Origin: Clostridia bacterium | GTDB lineage: Bacteria > Bacillota > Clostridia > UBA1381 | Length of the DNA: 59,290 nucleotides | Reading direction: 5' to 3' | NCBI GenBank assembly: GCA_045649145.1 | Contig: JAZRPK010000068.1 | Location: 1-59,290 of the forward strand | Shown: positions 21,245 through 31,451 of the stretch, one piece after another | Layout of the letters: each line of letters opens with the position of its first letter | Numbering within the stretch: the stretch's first letter is position 1 | Translations under genes and position numbers: made by a program | Notes under the pieces: generated by a model | What the model was told of the DNA's origin: nothing | What the model saw: only the letters and a program-made list of their open reading frames with translations | Database searches by the model: none

Positions 21245-21245
21245 G

Positions 21246-21296
21246 GCAAAAGAAAGAACGGTATCTTCGTTCTGTCTGCGAAAACACCGTTCTTCT
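21246..21296 (-). terminator. probable hisF terminator with alternative pairings
   Basis: On the minus strand AAGAACGGT pairs with ACCGTTCTT (23-nt loop), or the inner AGAACG pairs with CGTTCT. TTCTTTTG follows. About 110 nt downstream of the hisF stop. Confidence 0.4.
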
Positions 21297-21401
21297 TCCG
21301 GGTGGTGGTATATATGATAAAAGGGTATATGATAGCGAGTTGCCCGAAAGCTCATCGCTATACTGTAATTATCTCACCGTTTATCAAAAATATACACCTT
21401 T

Positions 21402-22163
21402 TTATATTCTTACGCTGATATTTTTTTCACGCAAGTATTTTTTTAGGTCCAAAATTTCTATCTCACGGAAATGAAACAAACTTGCCGCAAGCACAGCATC
21501 AGCCGCACCCTCGGTAAACGCATCATAAAAATGCTCCAATTTACCCGCACCGCCCGATGCTATTACAGGGATAGATGCGTTTTTTGAAACTGCCGCCGTA
21601 AGCTCATTATCATAGCCCGCCTTTGTTCCGTCAGCATCCATACTGGTTAAAAGTATCTCGCCCGCACCCAGCTCCTCTGCCCTTTTTGCCCATTTTAGTG
21701 CGTCAAGACCTGTGTTTACTCTGCCGCCGTTTAGGTAAACCTCCCAGCCGCTTTTGTCAGCTTTTCTTTTTGCATCAATTGCACAGACAACACACTGACT
21801 GCCAAAGCGTTTAGCCGCCTCGGTTATAAGCTCGGGACGCTTTATAGCAGCGGAATTTACTGCCACCTTATCCGCTCCTGCGTTTAATATCTCACGAAAA
21901 TCCTCGACAGTTCTGATACCGCCGCCAACGGTAAACGGGATAAATACCTCTCTCGCCACACGTTCGACCATATCAACCACAGTATTTCTGCCGTCGCTCG
22001 ATGCGGTAATATCAAGGAATACAAGCTCGTCTGCACCCGCTTTATCATACACCTTCGCACATTCAACAGGGTCGCCTGCATCTATAAGGTTTACAAAATT
22101 CACGCCCTTAACAACTCGTCCATCTTTTACGTCAAGGCAGGGGATAATTCTTTTTGCGTACAT
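21402..22163 (-). CDS. hisF: imidazole glycerol phosphate synthase, cyclase subunit
   Basis: 253 aa. [27 protein letters not shown] and ASGGAG motifs. Confidence 0.95.
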   Translation of the reverse strand: MYAKRIIPCLDVKDGRVVKGVNFVNLIDAGDPVECAKVYDKAGADELVFLDITASSDGRNTVVDMVERVAREVFIPFTVGGGIRTVEDFREILNAGADKVAVNSAAIKRPELITEAAKRFGSQCVVCAIDAKRKADKSGWEVYLNGGRVNTGLDALKWAKRAEELGAGEILLTSMDADGTKAGYDNELTAAVSKNASIPVIASGGAGKLEHFYDAFTEGAADAVLAASLFHFREIEILDLKKYLREKNISVRI

Positions 22164-22771
22164 TATACCGCCTCCCTTGCAATAAAGTTTTTGAGTATTT
22201 TCATACCGACACTGCTGCTTTTTTCGGGGTGAAACTGCACCGCAGCAACATTATCACGCTCTACCGCTATGCTAAGCCTTGCACCATATTCGGTGTATGC
22301 ACTTATGACATCTTCCTCTGCCTGTATGTAATATGAATGAACAAAGTAGACATAAGGCTCGTCGCCAAGGTCTTTTAGCAGGTAGCTGTCTTTATTGACA
22401 ACGATATTATTCCAGCCCATATGCGGAATTTTAAGTCCCGTATCGGGGATTTTAACCGCCTTGCCCTTAAATATTCCAAGTCCTCGAACATCGGGACTTT
22501 CCTCGCTCGACTCGAACATAAGCTGCAGACCTAAGCATATTCCCAAAAGCGGCTTTCCGCTATTGGCAACCTCACGCACCACGTCATCTAGCCCCGTTTC
22601 GCAAAGCCTTTTCATCGCATCACCGAACGCTCCCACGCCCGGCAAAATCACTCTGTCCGCAGCCAAAATTTCTTCACGCTCGCCTGTAACTATCGACTCC
22701 TCGCCAAGCAGGGCAAGGGCATTTTGTACGCTGTGAAGATTTCCCGCGCCATAGTCTATAATCGCTGTCAT
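22163..22771 (-). CDS. hisH: imidazole glycerol phosphate synthase, glutamine amidotransferase subunit
   Basis: 202 aa from [22 protein letters not shown] catalytic Cys motif and FHPEKS. The stop overlaps the hisF start. The N-terminal extension in the ORF track is rejected. Confidence 0.93.
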   Translation of the reverse strand: MTAIIDYGAGNLHSVQNALALLGEESIVTGEREEILAADRVILPGVGAFGDAMKRLCETGLDDVVREVANSGKPLLGICLGLQLMFESSEESPDVRGLGIFKGKAVKIPDTGLKIPHMGWNNIVVNKDSYLLKDLGDEPYVYFVHSYYIQAEEDVISAYTEYGARLSIAVERDNVAAVQFHPEKSSSVGMKILKNFIAREAV

Positions 22772-22788
22772 ATAACCTCTCCTTAGTG

Positions 22789-22824
22789 ATAAAAACAAAA
22801 GAGGGCTTTTACTAAAAGCCCTCT
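22789..22824 (-). terminator. intrinsic terminator between the upstream membrane-protein gene and hisH
   Basis: AGAGGGCTTTT / AAAAGCCCTCT stem (22800-22824). TTTGTTTTTAT follows on the minus strand, ending about 14 nt before the hisH SD. Confidence 0.65.
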
Positions 22825-22838
22825 CCGGCATTACTTTA

Positions 22839-23717
22839 TTATTCAGCAGCTACGTCTGCGTCAGCATCGTCTGCAACAGGTGCATCATCGCCTACTGCAG
22901 CTGTATCGTCAGCCTCTGCAGCAGCTTTCTCCGCCTGCTGCTTTTCAAGTGTTACACGGTCAACCTGATTTCTTACCTCGCCCCAAGTGGTTTCGCCTGT
23001 AATTTCGTTACCGAAACCGTACTCCTGCTTGAACGATTCAAGGTTATCTTCACCTACATACTTGCTAAGCGGTGATTTACCCTCTGCCTCGCCCCACGGA
23101 GTGTCTTCGGTTACATCATCACCAAGTCCGAGCATTTCCTTTATGCCTGCTGTGTCCATACCGTACATCTCGGCAATCTTTGCAACAGGTATGTTATAGA
23201 ATGCTGCAGCTTCCTCTGTGTCTGCAGGCATATCTGCAGGAAGTCCGTACTCTGCCAGGAATTCGTCAAGTCCCATTCCTGCCTGAGCAGCAACCTCATC
23301 AATTGTTCTTCCGCTTACATTTACATATCCCATCTCGTTGTAGGGATTTCTTGTAAGGTACTTATATACTCCAAAGCCTGCAGCCGCAATCAATGCAACT
23401 ATCACAATTACAAGTGCAACAATCTTGCCTGCGCCGCCCTTTGCCTTTATTTCTTTAGCAAAGTCAACTACCTCTTGGGTATCAACAGGAGCTTCTTCGC
23501 CGTCGAATACCTCTTCTACAGTTTCTTCTAAAGCTTCTTCCGCCTCTTCAAAAACAACATCTTCAACTTCAACTGTTTCGTCTGCCACTGCTTCGTCTGC
23601 TGCTACTTCAACAACTTCCTCTGCTGCCTCTACAGCCTCTGTTTCCTCCAAAGCTACCTCTTCAACAGGCATTGTGTTCTCTTCGCCCTCAATGTTCGGC
23701 AAATTATTCTCGTTCAT
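22839..23717 (-). CDS. single-pass membrane protein with an acidic N-terminal region and repeated helical motifs (unknown function)
   Basis: 292 aa from ATG 23717 (preceded by AGGAGA). E/V/A-rich acidic tract, a hydrophobic segment IVALVIVIVALIAAAGFGVY, then repeats of the type DEFLAEYGL / IAEMYGM / FKQEYGF. Paralogous to 24410-25018. Confidence 0.55.
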   Translation of the reverse strand: MNENNLPNIEGEENTMPVEEVALEETEAVEAAEEVVEVAADEAVADETVEVEDVVFEEAEEALEETVEEVFDGEEAPVDTQEVVDFAKEIKAKGGAGKIVALVIVIVALIAAAGFGVYKYLTRNPYNEMGYVNVSGRTIDEVAAQAGMGLDEFLAEYGLPADMPADTEEAAAFYNIPVAKIAEMYGMDTAGIKEMLGLGDDVTEDTPWGEAEGKSPLSKYVGEDNLESFKQEYGFGNEITGETTWGEVRNQVDRVTLEKQQAEKAAAEADDTAAVGDDAPVADDADADVAAE

Positions 23718-23752
23718 AATATCTCTCCTTTTATCATTTTTTGTCCGTGTTA

Positions 23753-24406
23753 TTATCTTAGCACGAACAATAATATTGAAAAATAATGACACACACTACC
23801 CGCAAGCACAAACAAGTGCCATACCGAGTGCATATATCTATATTTTTTCAGTACATAAAATATTACTCCGACGGTATATACCAGACCGCCCGCTATAAGT
23901 AACCAAAGTCCGCCCGTTGCAAGATTTTGCGCCAGAGGTTTGATTGAAAGCACTATCCCCCAACCCATCAGCACATAGAGAATAAGGGATATTTTCTTAA
24001 ATTTTTCGAGGCCTATGGCATTAAGCAAAACTCCTGCCACCGTAGCTCCCCAGATAATACCGAATATTGTCCAGCCCAATGCACCTCTTAACGGGCCTAA
24101 CAAATATGGGGTATACGTTCCTGCAATCAGAATAAATATCGAACAATGGTCAAAAATTCTTAAAACCTTCTTGCCCTTTTCGTTCTGTACTATGTGATAA
24201 ACCATCGACATTGTATAGAGCAAAATGAGCGAAATTCCGTAAACCAGCGCACTCGCAAGACCATAGCCGTCAGAATACAGCGCCGCAAATACTATAAGCA
24301 GTACAAGGGCTGCTATCGACAGCAGTACACCTACTCCGTGGGATATGGAATTGAAAATCTCCTCACCGACGGTGTACATTACGCTTCTTTTCTCGTTATT
24401 CTCCAT
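23753..24406 (-). CDS. hemolysin III / PAQR-family membrane protein
   Basis: 217 aa with 7 predicted hydrophobic segments. EEIFNSISHGVG, IFDHCSIF and HSVWHLFVLAGSVCHY are family motifs. Confidence 0.85.
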   Translation of the reverse strand: MENNEKRSVMYTVGEEIFNSISHGVGVLLSIAALVLLIVFAALYSDGYGLASALVYGISLILLYTMSMVYHIVQNEKGKKVLRIFDHCSIFILIAGTYTPYLLGPLRGALGWTIFGIIWGATVAGVLLNAIGLEKFKKISLILYVLMGWGIVLSIKPLAQNLATGGLWLLIAGGLVYTVGVIFYVLKKYRYMHSVWHLFVLAGSVCHYFSILLFVLR

Positions 24407-24409
24407 AGC

Positions 24410-25018
24410 TTACTCTGCGGTTGTTTCTGTATCTGCTTCAGACTGTGCTGCCATCATGGCCTCCTGTGCAGCCTGAATTATTGGCTCTGCATCCTTATAG
24501 AGCATATTCTCAGGTATCTGTTCTGCTGTTAAGCCGTACATCTGGAGGAATGATGCGTAATCCATTCCTGACATCTCGAGGACCTTACTCATCGGAACAT
24601 AGCCCTGAGCCTCGTCCATTGACATATCATTTCCTGCCTCGTCAACAATGCCGAACTCTGCTCTTAATTCCTCAACTGTCATTCCCTCAAGCTCTGCATA
24701 CTTTTCAACTGTCATATATCCGCTTGCAACAGTCAGCTCAGTATCAGCTGCAATCTCTTCATTTGCCTCAAGGCCGTACTTTGCAAGGAATTCCTCAACG
24801 GTTATTCCCTCGGTTTCTGCACGGTCTGCTACAGTTTCAGGGTCTGTTGAGGGGTTGTTGATTTTGTACTGGTTATAAATGACGTATCCGCCAAGCACCA
24901 ATGCTGCTACTATTATCAACACAAGTATCGTATTAAAGACTGCAGATGACTTCTTAACGGTCTTTACTACCTCCTGTGTTTGTCCTTTTCTCTGTTTTTT
25001 TGCCTGTCTTTCACTCAT
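24410..25018 (-). CDS. single-pass membrane protein with repeated helical motifs (paralogue of 22839-23717)
   Basis: 202 aa. Basic N-terminus, hydrophobic segment ILVLIIVAALVLGGYVIY, then repeats VEEFLAKYGL / VEKYAELEGM / VEELRAEFGI / ASFLQMYGL. GGAGGA SD. Confidence 0.55.
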   Translation of the reverse strand: MSERQAKKQRKGQTQEVVKTVKKSSAVFNTILVLIIVAALVLGGYVIYNQYKINNPSTDPETVADRAETEGITVEEFLAKYGLEANEEIAADTELTVASGYMTVEKYAELEGMTVEELRAEFGIVDEAGNDMSMDEAQGYVPMSKVLEMSGMDYASFLQMYGLTAEQIPENMLYKDAEPIIQAAQEAMMAAQSEADTETTAE

Positions 25019-25118
25019 TATTAGATTTCCTCCTCTTAGCCAAGTGATTGTATATTATTCATCTACTATATCACTTATTAAGAGAAAAATCAATAATAAA
25101 TTTGTAAACTTTTTATTT

Positions 25119-25679
25119 TTAGGAGATTTTCTTAATATACCAAAAACAAGGCGGCAGCTTTTTTATGTCTCCTCTTTTGAAACAGAAGAGAACATTTGCC
25201 GTTGCTTTTACATCAGCAATGGTAACTACGCTTAAAAAAATTACTGCTATAAGCTGTTCGTAGTCGGACATCTTCAAAAGCAGTCTGTCGGCTACAGGGT
25301 CAATATAGCTTACAAATATCACCGACAGCAGTCCCCACCACAGTGTATATTCGCCGCAAACTCCGCCTAAAAGATTAGCTTTTTTATCGCTGTAGTCCCA
25401 TATTTTAATGTCAAATATCCTAACACAAATAAGATAATAACAAAGCTCCACCGCACTTGCACACAATGCACCAAACGCAAACAAAATCAAAATATTGTCC
25501 CGAAAACCGCCGAGTATCAGCGACATTACCACTCCGCCTATACCATAGACGGGGCACATAGGAAGATTAAGTAACATTCTGCGGCTTTTAAGCCTTTTGT
25601 GCAACAAAATATTCCATATTACCTCCACCCCGCACCCCAGCACAGAATATATAAAAAATTTCAGCATCAGCTGTGTCAC
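25119..25679 (-). CDS. polytopic membrane protein (resembles the putative ABC-transporter type IV / DUF1113 family)
   Basis: Probable GTG start at 25679, 7 nt after GGAGG. Multiple hydrophobic segments. The LKFFIYSVLGCGVEVIW and MCPVYGIGG motifs resemble that family. The assignment is tentative. Confidence 0.5.
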   Translation of the reverse strand: MTQLMLKFFIYSVLGCGVEVIWNILLHKRLKSRRMLLNLPMCPVYGIGGVVMSLILGGFRDNILILFAFGALCASAVELCYYLICVRIFDIKIWDYSDKKANLLGGVCGEYTLWWGLLSVIFVSYIDPVADRLLLKMSDYEQLIAVIFLSVVTIADVKATANVLFCFKRGDIKKLPPCFWYIKKIS

Positions 25680-25811
25680 ACAAGCACCTCCGTATCTATT
25701 GGTATTATCTCGTAGACAATCCATTTTATGCAATATTTGCTGTTGACTATTTTTAAGTAATTTGGTATAATGACGATAATATTATTTTATATTTGAAAGG
25801 AAAATAAGATT

Positions 25812-26543
25812 ATGGATTGTATTCTACTCGCAGCAGGATATGCAACAAGATTGTATCCCTTAACAGAAAATAAACCTAAAGCACTTTTGACGCTCGGTTC
25901 AAAAACCATTCTCGACCGTGTATGTGAGAAGATTGAAGAAGTAGAGGACGTCAACAATATCTACATAGTAACAAACCATCGTTTTGCTGACCAGTTAAAT
26001 GACTGGGCTGCTACCTACAAGGGCAAAAAGCCTGTAAAGGTATTAGACGACGGCACTACCAATAACGATAACCGCTTAGGTGCAATAGGCGATATGAAGT
26101 TTGTCATAGACAGCGAAAATATCACCGACGAGATACTTGTTATGGCAAGTGACAATGTGTTTGATTTCTCGCTTAACGATATGGTAAAGCTCTATCGTGA
26201 AAAGAATTGCGACCTTATTTCCGCTCACTATGTAGAGGATTTGGTTGACCTTCGTCAGATGGGTGTTTTGGAGCTTGATGACGACAACCGTGTTATCGGC
26301 TTTGTGGAAAAGCCCGCCGAGCCTAAAACTCATTGGGGTGTACCGCCGTTTTATTTCTACAAAAGAGAAACTCTGGCTCTTATCGACCAGTATCTTAAAG
26401 AGGGTAACAACCCCGATGCACCGGGACATCTTATCCCGTGGCTTATCGAGCGTGTGCCCGTTTATGCCTACACCTTTAACGTTATGACAATTGACATAGG
26501 CACTCCCAAAACCTATGCTGAAGCGCAAAAACTGTTCGACTGA
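25812..26543 (+). CDS. sugar-phosphate nucleotidyltransferase family protein
   Basis: 243 aa. N-terminal ILLAAGYATRLYPLTENKPKALL is the G-x-G-t-R-l signature of NTP_transferase enzymes. Confidence 0.75.
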   Translation: MDCILLAAGYATRLYPLTENKPKALLTLGSKTILDRVCEKIEEVEDVNNIYIVTNHRFADQLNDWAATYKGKKPVKVLDDGTTNNDNRLGAIGDMKFVIDSENITDEILVMASDNVFDFSLNDMVKLYREKNCDLISAHYVEDLVDLRQMGVLELDDDNRVIGFVEKPAEPKTHWGVPPFYFYKRETLALIDQYLKEGNNPDAPGHLIPWLIERVPVYAYTFNVMTIDIGTPKTYAEAQKLFD

Positions 26544-26561
26544 TTTTAAGAGGTGCTGTAT

Positions 26562-27365
26562 ATGTTTGACAGAAGCGTGTTAAAAAGCCGTGCAAAAAGC
26601 GTACTTTCGGTAAGCTACTGGCAGACGCTTGGTATTATGCTGATATTTTCGGCTGCTACAAGCCTTATAGGACAGCTTTTTGTGCTTAATATTCCGGAAA
26701 CAATTATGCTCTCTACTCCCCTTACAACAGTTATATTCGGCGTTGCCATGCTGGTATGCTTTTTGTTTCCGTTGGCGGCATCAATCTTTTTGATAATGCC
26801 GTTGCAGGTTGGCGTCAATAAATTTGTAATTGATTACGCAAAGGGAGAGACACCTGCTATATCCACTCTCTGTCATTCATTTCGTAATAACTATAAGCGA
26901 ATTGTTCTGACTCTTTTTATGAAAGGGCTTATTATTACCGCTTATATGCTTATACCTTTGATTATTCTGTGCGTTATAGGTGTGATAGTGGGTATAATTT
27001 TTTCTGCCGTACTTAGCACAAGTTTGACAGATTTGCTTGCACAAACGCCTGTGACAGTTTTGTTAACCATTGTTATTTATGCAGCATTTATACCTGCTGT
27101 TATCAAAACATATGATTACTATATGGTAGAATACCTGCTTGCCGATGACCCTGAACTTACGTGGCGTGAAGCTCTTGGTAAAAGCAAGCAAATGATGCGA
27201 GGAAATCGTTTCGCTACATTTATATTGGGGCTCTCCTTTATCGGCTGGCAGCTGCTTGGTATTCTTTTGTGCGGTGTTGGAGCTGTTTTTGTGACGCCGT
27301 ATATTATGGCAACAGATGCCCAGCTATACCTAGAGCTTTCAGGAAAATCAAAATTTGAACTCTAA
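26562..27365 (+). CDS. DUF975-family integral membrane protein
   Basis: 267 aa from MFDRSVLKSRAKSVL. Has the typical DUF975 N-terminus and a C-terminal MRGNRF...PYIMATDAQLY pattern. Confidence 0.6.
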   Translation: MFDRSVLKSRAKSVLSVSYWQTLGIMLIFSAATSLIGQLFVLNIPETIMLSTPLTTVIFGVAMLVCFLFPLAASIFLIMPLQVGVNKFVIDYAKGETPAISTLCHSFRNNYKRIVLTLFMKGLIITAYMLIPLIILCVIGVIVGIIFSAVLSTSLTDLLAQTPVTVLLTIVIYAAFIPAVIKTYDYYMVEYLLADDPELTWREALGKSKQMMRGNRFATFILGLSFIGWQLLGILLCGVGAVFVTPYIMATDAQLYLELSGKSKFEL

Positions 27366-27405
27366 ATGTCATTAAACCGTCGCTTTGTGCGGCGGTTTTT
27401 AGGAG

Positions 27406-28419
27406 ATGATTATTATAAAACACAGATTTATTCTTATTGCTTTTATTGCCGTCGCAGTCGGAATACTCCTTATCGGACGCGAGAAGACATACAACCGTGA
27501 TGTTTACGGCACATTCGATACTGTCTGCAACATATCTGTACATTCTACAGCGGATAATACCGCCGAATATGAAAAAATGCTGCGCGAGCTTGATTCAGAG
27601 CTTAACGCACACAGCGAAGACAGCATCATAGCAAGACTAAATAACGGCGAGGTTGTAAGCCTTTCCCCCGAGATAACCGAGCTTTTATGTACCGCTGTTT
27701 CATATACAAATATGCTTAAAGACTACTTTGACATAACGGTAAACCCAATCACTCAAAGCTGGAAAAATGCAGAAAAAACACAAACCCTGCCCGATGACAT
27801 CGACGAAAAGCTGCACCTTGTCGGCGCAGACTGCATCAATATTGATATCGACACCAACACGGCAAGAATTATAGAGTACGGTGCCTCAATTACGCTCGGC
27901 GCTATTGCTAAGGGGTATGCCGCAAATGTTATCGCCGATGCTATGCGCAAAAACGGAGAAATGAGTGCTCTTATAAATCTTGGCGGAAATGTCTATGCTT
28001 TAGGCAAAAAGCCTGACGGAAGCGATTGGAAGATTGCTGTGTGTAATCCCCAAAATACCGCCGAGACAGCTGTTACAATTACTTGCTCCGATACCGCCGT
28101 AGTAACGTCGGGGGATTATGAACGATATTTTGATTTAGGCAGCAGACGTTATCATCATATATTAGACCCCCAGACAGGCTATCCCGCAGAAAGCGGACTA
28201 CGTAGTGCAACTGTTATCGCACGTGATGCCGAGCTTTGTGATGTGCTCTCAACCGCACTCTTTGTTGCAGGTGTTGATAAGGCAGGACAAATCTGCAGTC
28301 AGTTTGGTGTTGATGCAATACTGATTGCTGAAGACATAATCTATTACACCGAGGGCTTGGGCGGAAAAATCCAACTGAATAACGAAAATTATACCCTTGT
28401 TCCTCTTAAAATGGAATGA
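27406..28419 (+). CDS. apbE: FAD:protein FMN transferase (ApbE family)
   Basis: 337 aa with an N-terminal membrane anchor. Motifs TLGAIAKGYA, LINLGGN, VVTSGDYERYF and HHILDPQTGYP. Confidence 0.85.
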   Translation: MIIIKHRFILIAFIAVAVGILLIGREKTYNRDVYGTFDTVCNISVHSTADNTAEYEKMLRELDSELNAHSEDSIIARLNNGEVVSLSPEITELLCTAVSYTNMLKDYFDITVNPITQSWKNAEKTQTLPDDIDEKLHLVGADCINIDIDTNTARIIEYGASITLGAIAKGYAANVIADAMRKNGEMSALINLGGNVYALGKKPDGSDWKIAVCNPQNTAETAVTITCSDTAVVTSGDYERYFDLGSRRYHHILDPQTGYPAESGLRSATVIARDAELCDVLSTALFVAGVDKAGQICSQFGVDAILIAEDIIYYTEGLGGKIQLNNENYTLVPLKME

Positions 28420-28477
28420 TTTGTGATATTAGATAGCAAATTAAGTTAAAAAAAGTGAAATATTATCAACTTTTAGG

Positions 28478-28506
28478 GTTGAAATTGTCGAATTTTTCTG
28501 TTACAA
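28478..28506 (+). promoter_or_regulatory. candidate sigma-A promoter of guaB
   Basis: TTGAAA (28478-28483), N17 ending in TGT, TACAAT (28501-28506). The short leader has no riboswitch-like structure. Confidence 0.5.
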
Positions 28507-28553
28507 TAAATAAAATATATCAATCACATTATATAATTTGCGAAAGGAGATAA

Positions 28554-30023
<1,470 letters not shown>

Positions 30024-30031
30024 ATTAATAA

Positions 30032-30061
30032 CGGCTGCTCTTTTTGTAAAAAGAGCAGCCG
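30032..30061 (+). terminator. hairpin after guaB (weak U-tract)
   Basis: CGGCTGCTCTTTTT / AAAAAGAGCAGCCG stem directly after the stop. The downstream sequence is not T-rich, so its efficiency as a terminator is uncertain. Confidence 0.45.
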
Positions 30062-30109
30062 CAAACTTTGATAAATAAGAGATTTTTTGGATTTTTTATT
30101 TAATAAATG

Positions 30110-30138
30110 TTGACAAATAACATTCCGTGTAGTATAAT
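30110..30138 (+). promoter_or_regulatory. consensus sigma-A promoter of the tRNA-Pro pair
   Basis: Exact TTGACA (30110-30115), N17, TATAAT (30133-30138). About 30 nt upstream of the first tRNA. Confidence 0.7.
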
Positions 30139-30167
30139 ATAACTCGTTGGTTTGATACCGACGCTAT

Positions 30168-30244
30168 CGGGATGTGGCTCAGTTTGGTAGAGCACTACGT
30201 TCGGGACGTAGGGGCCGCAGGTTCAAATCCTGTCATCCCGACCA
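30168..30244 (+). tRNA. tRNA-Pro (anticodon CGG)
   Basis: Cloverleaf by eye: acceptor CGGGATG/CATCCCG, D arm GCTC..GAGC, anticodon stem CTACG/CGTAG with loop TTCGGGA, T loop GGTTCAAATCC, encoded CCA. Confidence 0.9.
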
Positions 30245-30247
30245 TAT

Positions 30248-30323
30248 CGGGGTGTAGCGCAGGTGGTAGCGCACTAGACTGGGGGTCTAGGTGCCGCAGG
30301 TTCAAGTCCTGTCACTCCGACCA
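30248..30323 (+). tRNA. tRNA-Pro (anticodon GGG)
   Basis: Acceptor CGGGGTG/CACTCCG (one G-U). Anticodon stem CTAGA/TCTAG with loop CTGGGGG. T loop GGTTCAAGTCC, encoded CCA. Confidence 0.9.
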
Positions 30324-30324
30324 C

Positions 30325-30359
30325 GTCGAAGCAAAGTTCGCTTTGCTTCGACTTTTTTT
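30325..30359 (+). terminator. intrinsic terminator after the tRNA pair
   Basis: 12-bp stem GTCGAAGCAAAG / CTTTGCTTCGAC, TTCG loop, T7 run. Confidence 0.85.
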
Positions 30360-30523
30360 ATGCAAAAAAGTCATCCGCCCGCTTCCTTGCTTCTCCTCTT
30401 TCACAAAAAGTCACGCTCGGCTCACCTGTTCGGTTGTAAACGCCCTCACAACGGTTTGCTGTCGCTATCAACTTTTTGTGATTTTTTTGTTTTGATCCTT
30501 GACACGTTATGAACACCCGCACC

Positions 30524-30557
30524 AAAAAGAGTACCGACTTTTGTCGGTACTCTTTTT
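30524..30557 (-). terminator. bidirectional-looking intrinsic terminator ending the two-gene cassette
   Basis: AGAGTACCGAC / GTCGGTACTCT stem with a TTTT loop, flanked by an A-run and a T-run. 25 nt downstream of the stop at 30582. Confidence 0.75.
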
Positions 30558-30581
30558 CAGTAATTATTTAGCTTTGAATTA

Positions 30582-31451
30582 TCAGAAATCGCCGTCAGGA
30601 GAAGAAACATATCTAAAGTTCCTTCTTATATCCTCTGCCAAAAAATCCTGTGGAAGAAGAGTTGTGACAGCATCCTCCTCTACGAGCTGTTTGTAGGTTT
30701 CGTCCAATTGAACCTTAAGAATACTAAAGAAAAGTTTCTGTGGTGAAATCTTGCTATCCGCTTTCAAAAACGGCTCTACCGCTTTTGAAATCCATGCATT
30801 CACCTTGCGGTTCAGGTCTCTTCCAGAAATATCCTTCTTGTTTTTCTTCGCTCTTGAAAGATATTCCATCTGTAAAAAACTCCAATACATCGAAGTTTTT
30901 GTGTTGCTACTGTACCACTCAAAGGTCTTCTGCTTCCACAAATTAATATGCTCCTCCTTGTCAGGTGACCGGCTTACACAATCAATAAACTCATCAAGTT
31001 GTGTAATAATTTCTTTTGCAGTATATGACAGTCTCTGATTCAGTTTGGCAAAATCTTCCGGTTCGCTCGGCTCGCATTTCCCAAGAAAATGCGTCAACCA
31101 CGCCTGATACTTTTCAAGACATTCCTTTTCCGATTCTCCGTTGAGTTCGCTCTGATTATGGTCAATAACCGAACGCAACATACTTATCTCATTCAACAGC
31201 ATATCCAATTTTTTGAACTTATATCTTTCATAATATGGGATATACATATACCAATGATTGATTACACAGCTTGTATCAATAACAAATTTATACAAGTCCT
31301 GAACAGATGTGATAAAGTATCCATCCTCGCTATAGGCATAACTTTTGGTAGGTGAATAATTGCAACACAAAAACAATGTCTTATCAATCTTTTCCTGAAC
31401 GGAACAGTTTAATCTTTCAGCATCTTTGTCTGTAAGCAGGGGGTGTTTCAT
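30582..31451 (-). CDS. hypothetical 289-aa protein with an Rx4H (HEPN-like) motif; partner of the large NTPase
   Basis: Its start ATG overlaps the upstream stop (ATGA at 31448-31451). No TM segment or signal peptide. LRSVIDHNQ at aa 92-100 fits the HEPN R-x4-H pattern. Otherwise no family recognised. Confidence 0.6.
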   Translation of the reverse strand: MKHPLLTDKDAERLNCSVQEKIDKTLFLCCNYSPTKSYAYSEDGYFITSVQDLYKFVIDTSCVINHWYMYIPYYERYKFKKLDMLLNEISMLRSVIDHNQSELNGESEKECLEKYQAWLTHFLGKCEPSEPEDFAKLNQRLSYTAKEIITQLDEFIDCVSRSPDKEEHINLWKQKTFEWYSSNTKTSMYWSFLQMEYLSRAKKNKKDISGRDLNRKVNAWISKAVEPFLKADSKISPQKLFFSILKVQLDETYKQLVEEDAVTTLLPQDFLAEDIRRNFRYVSSPDGDF

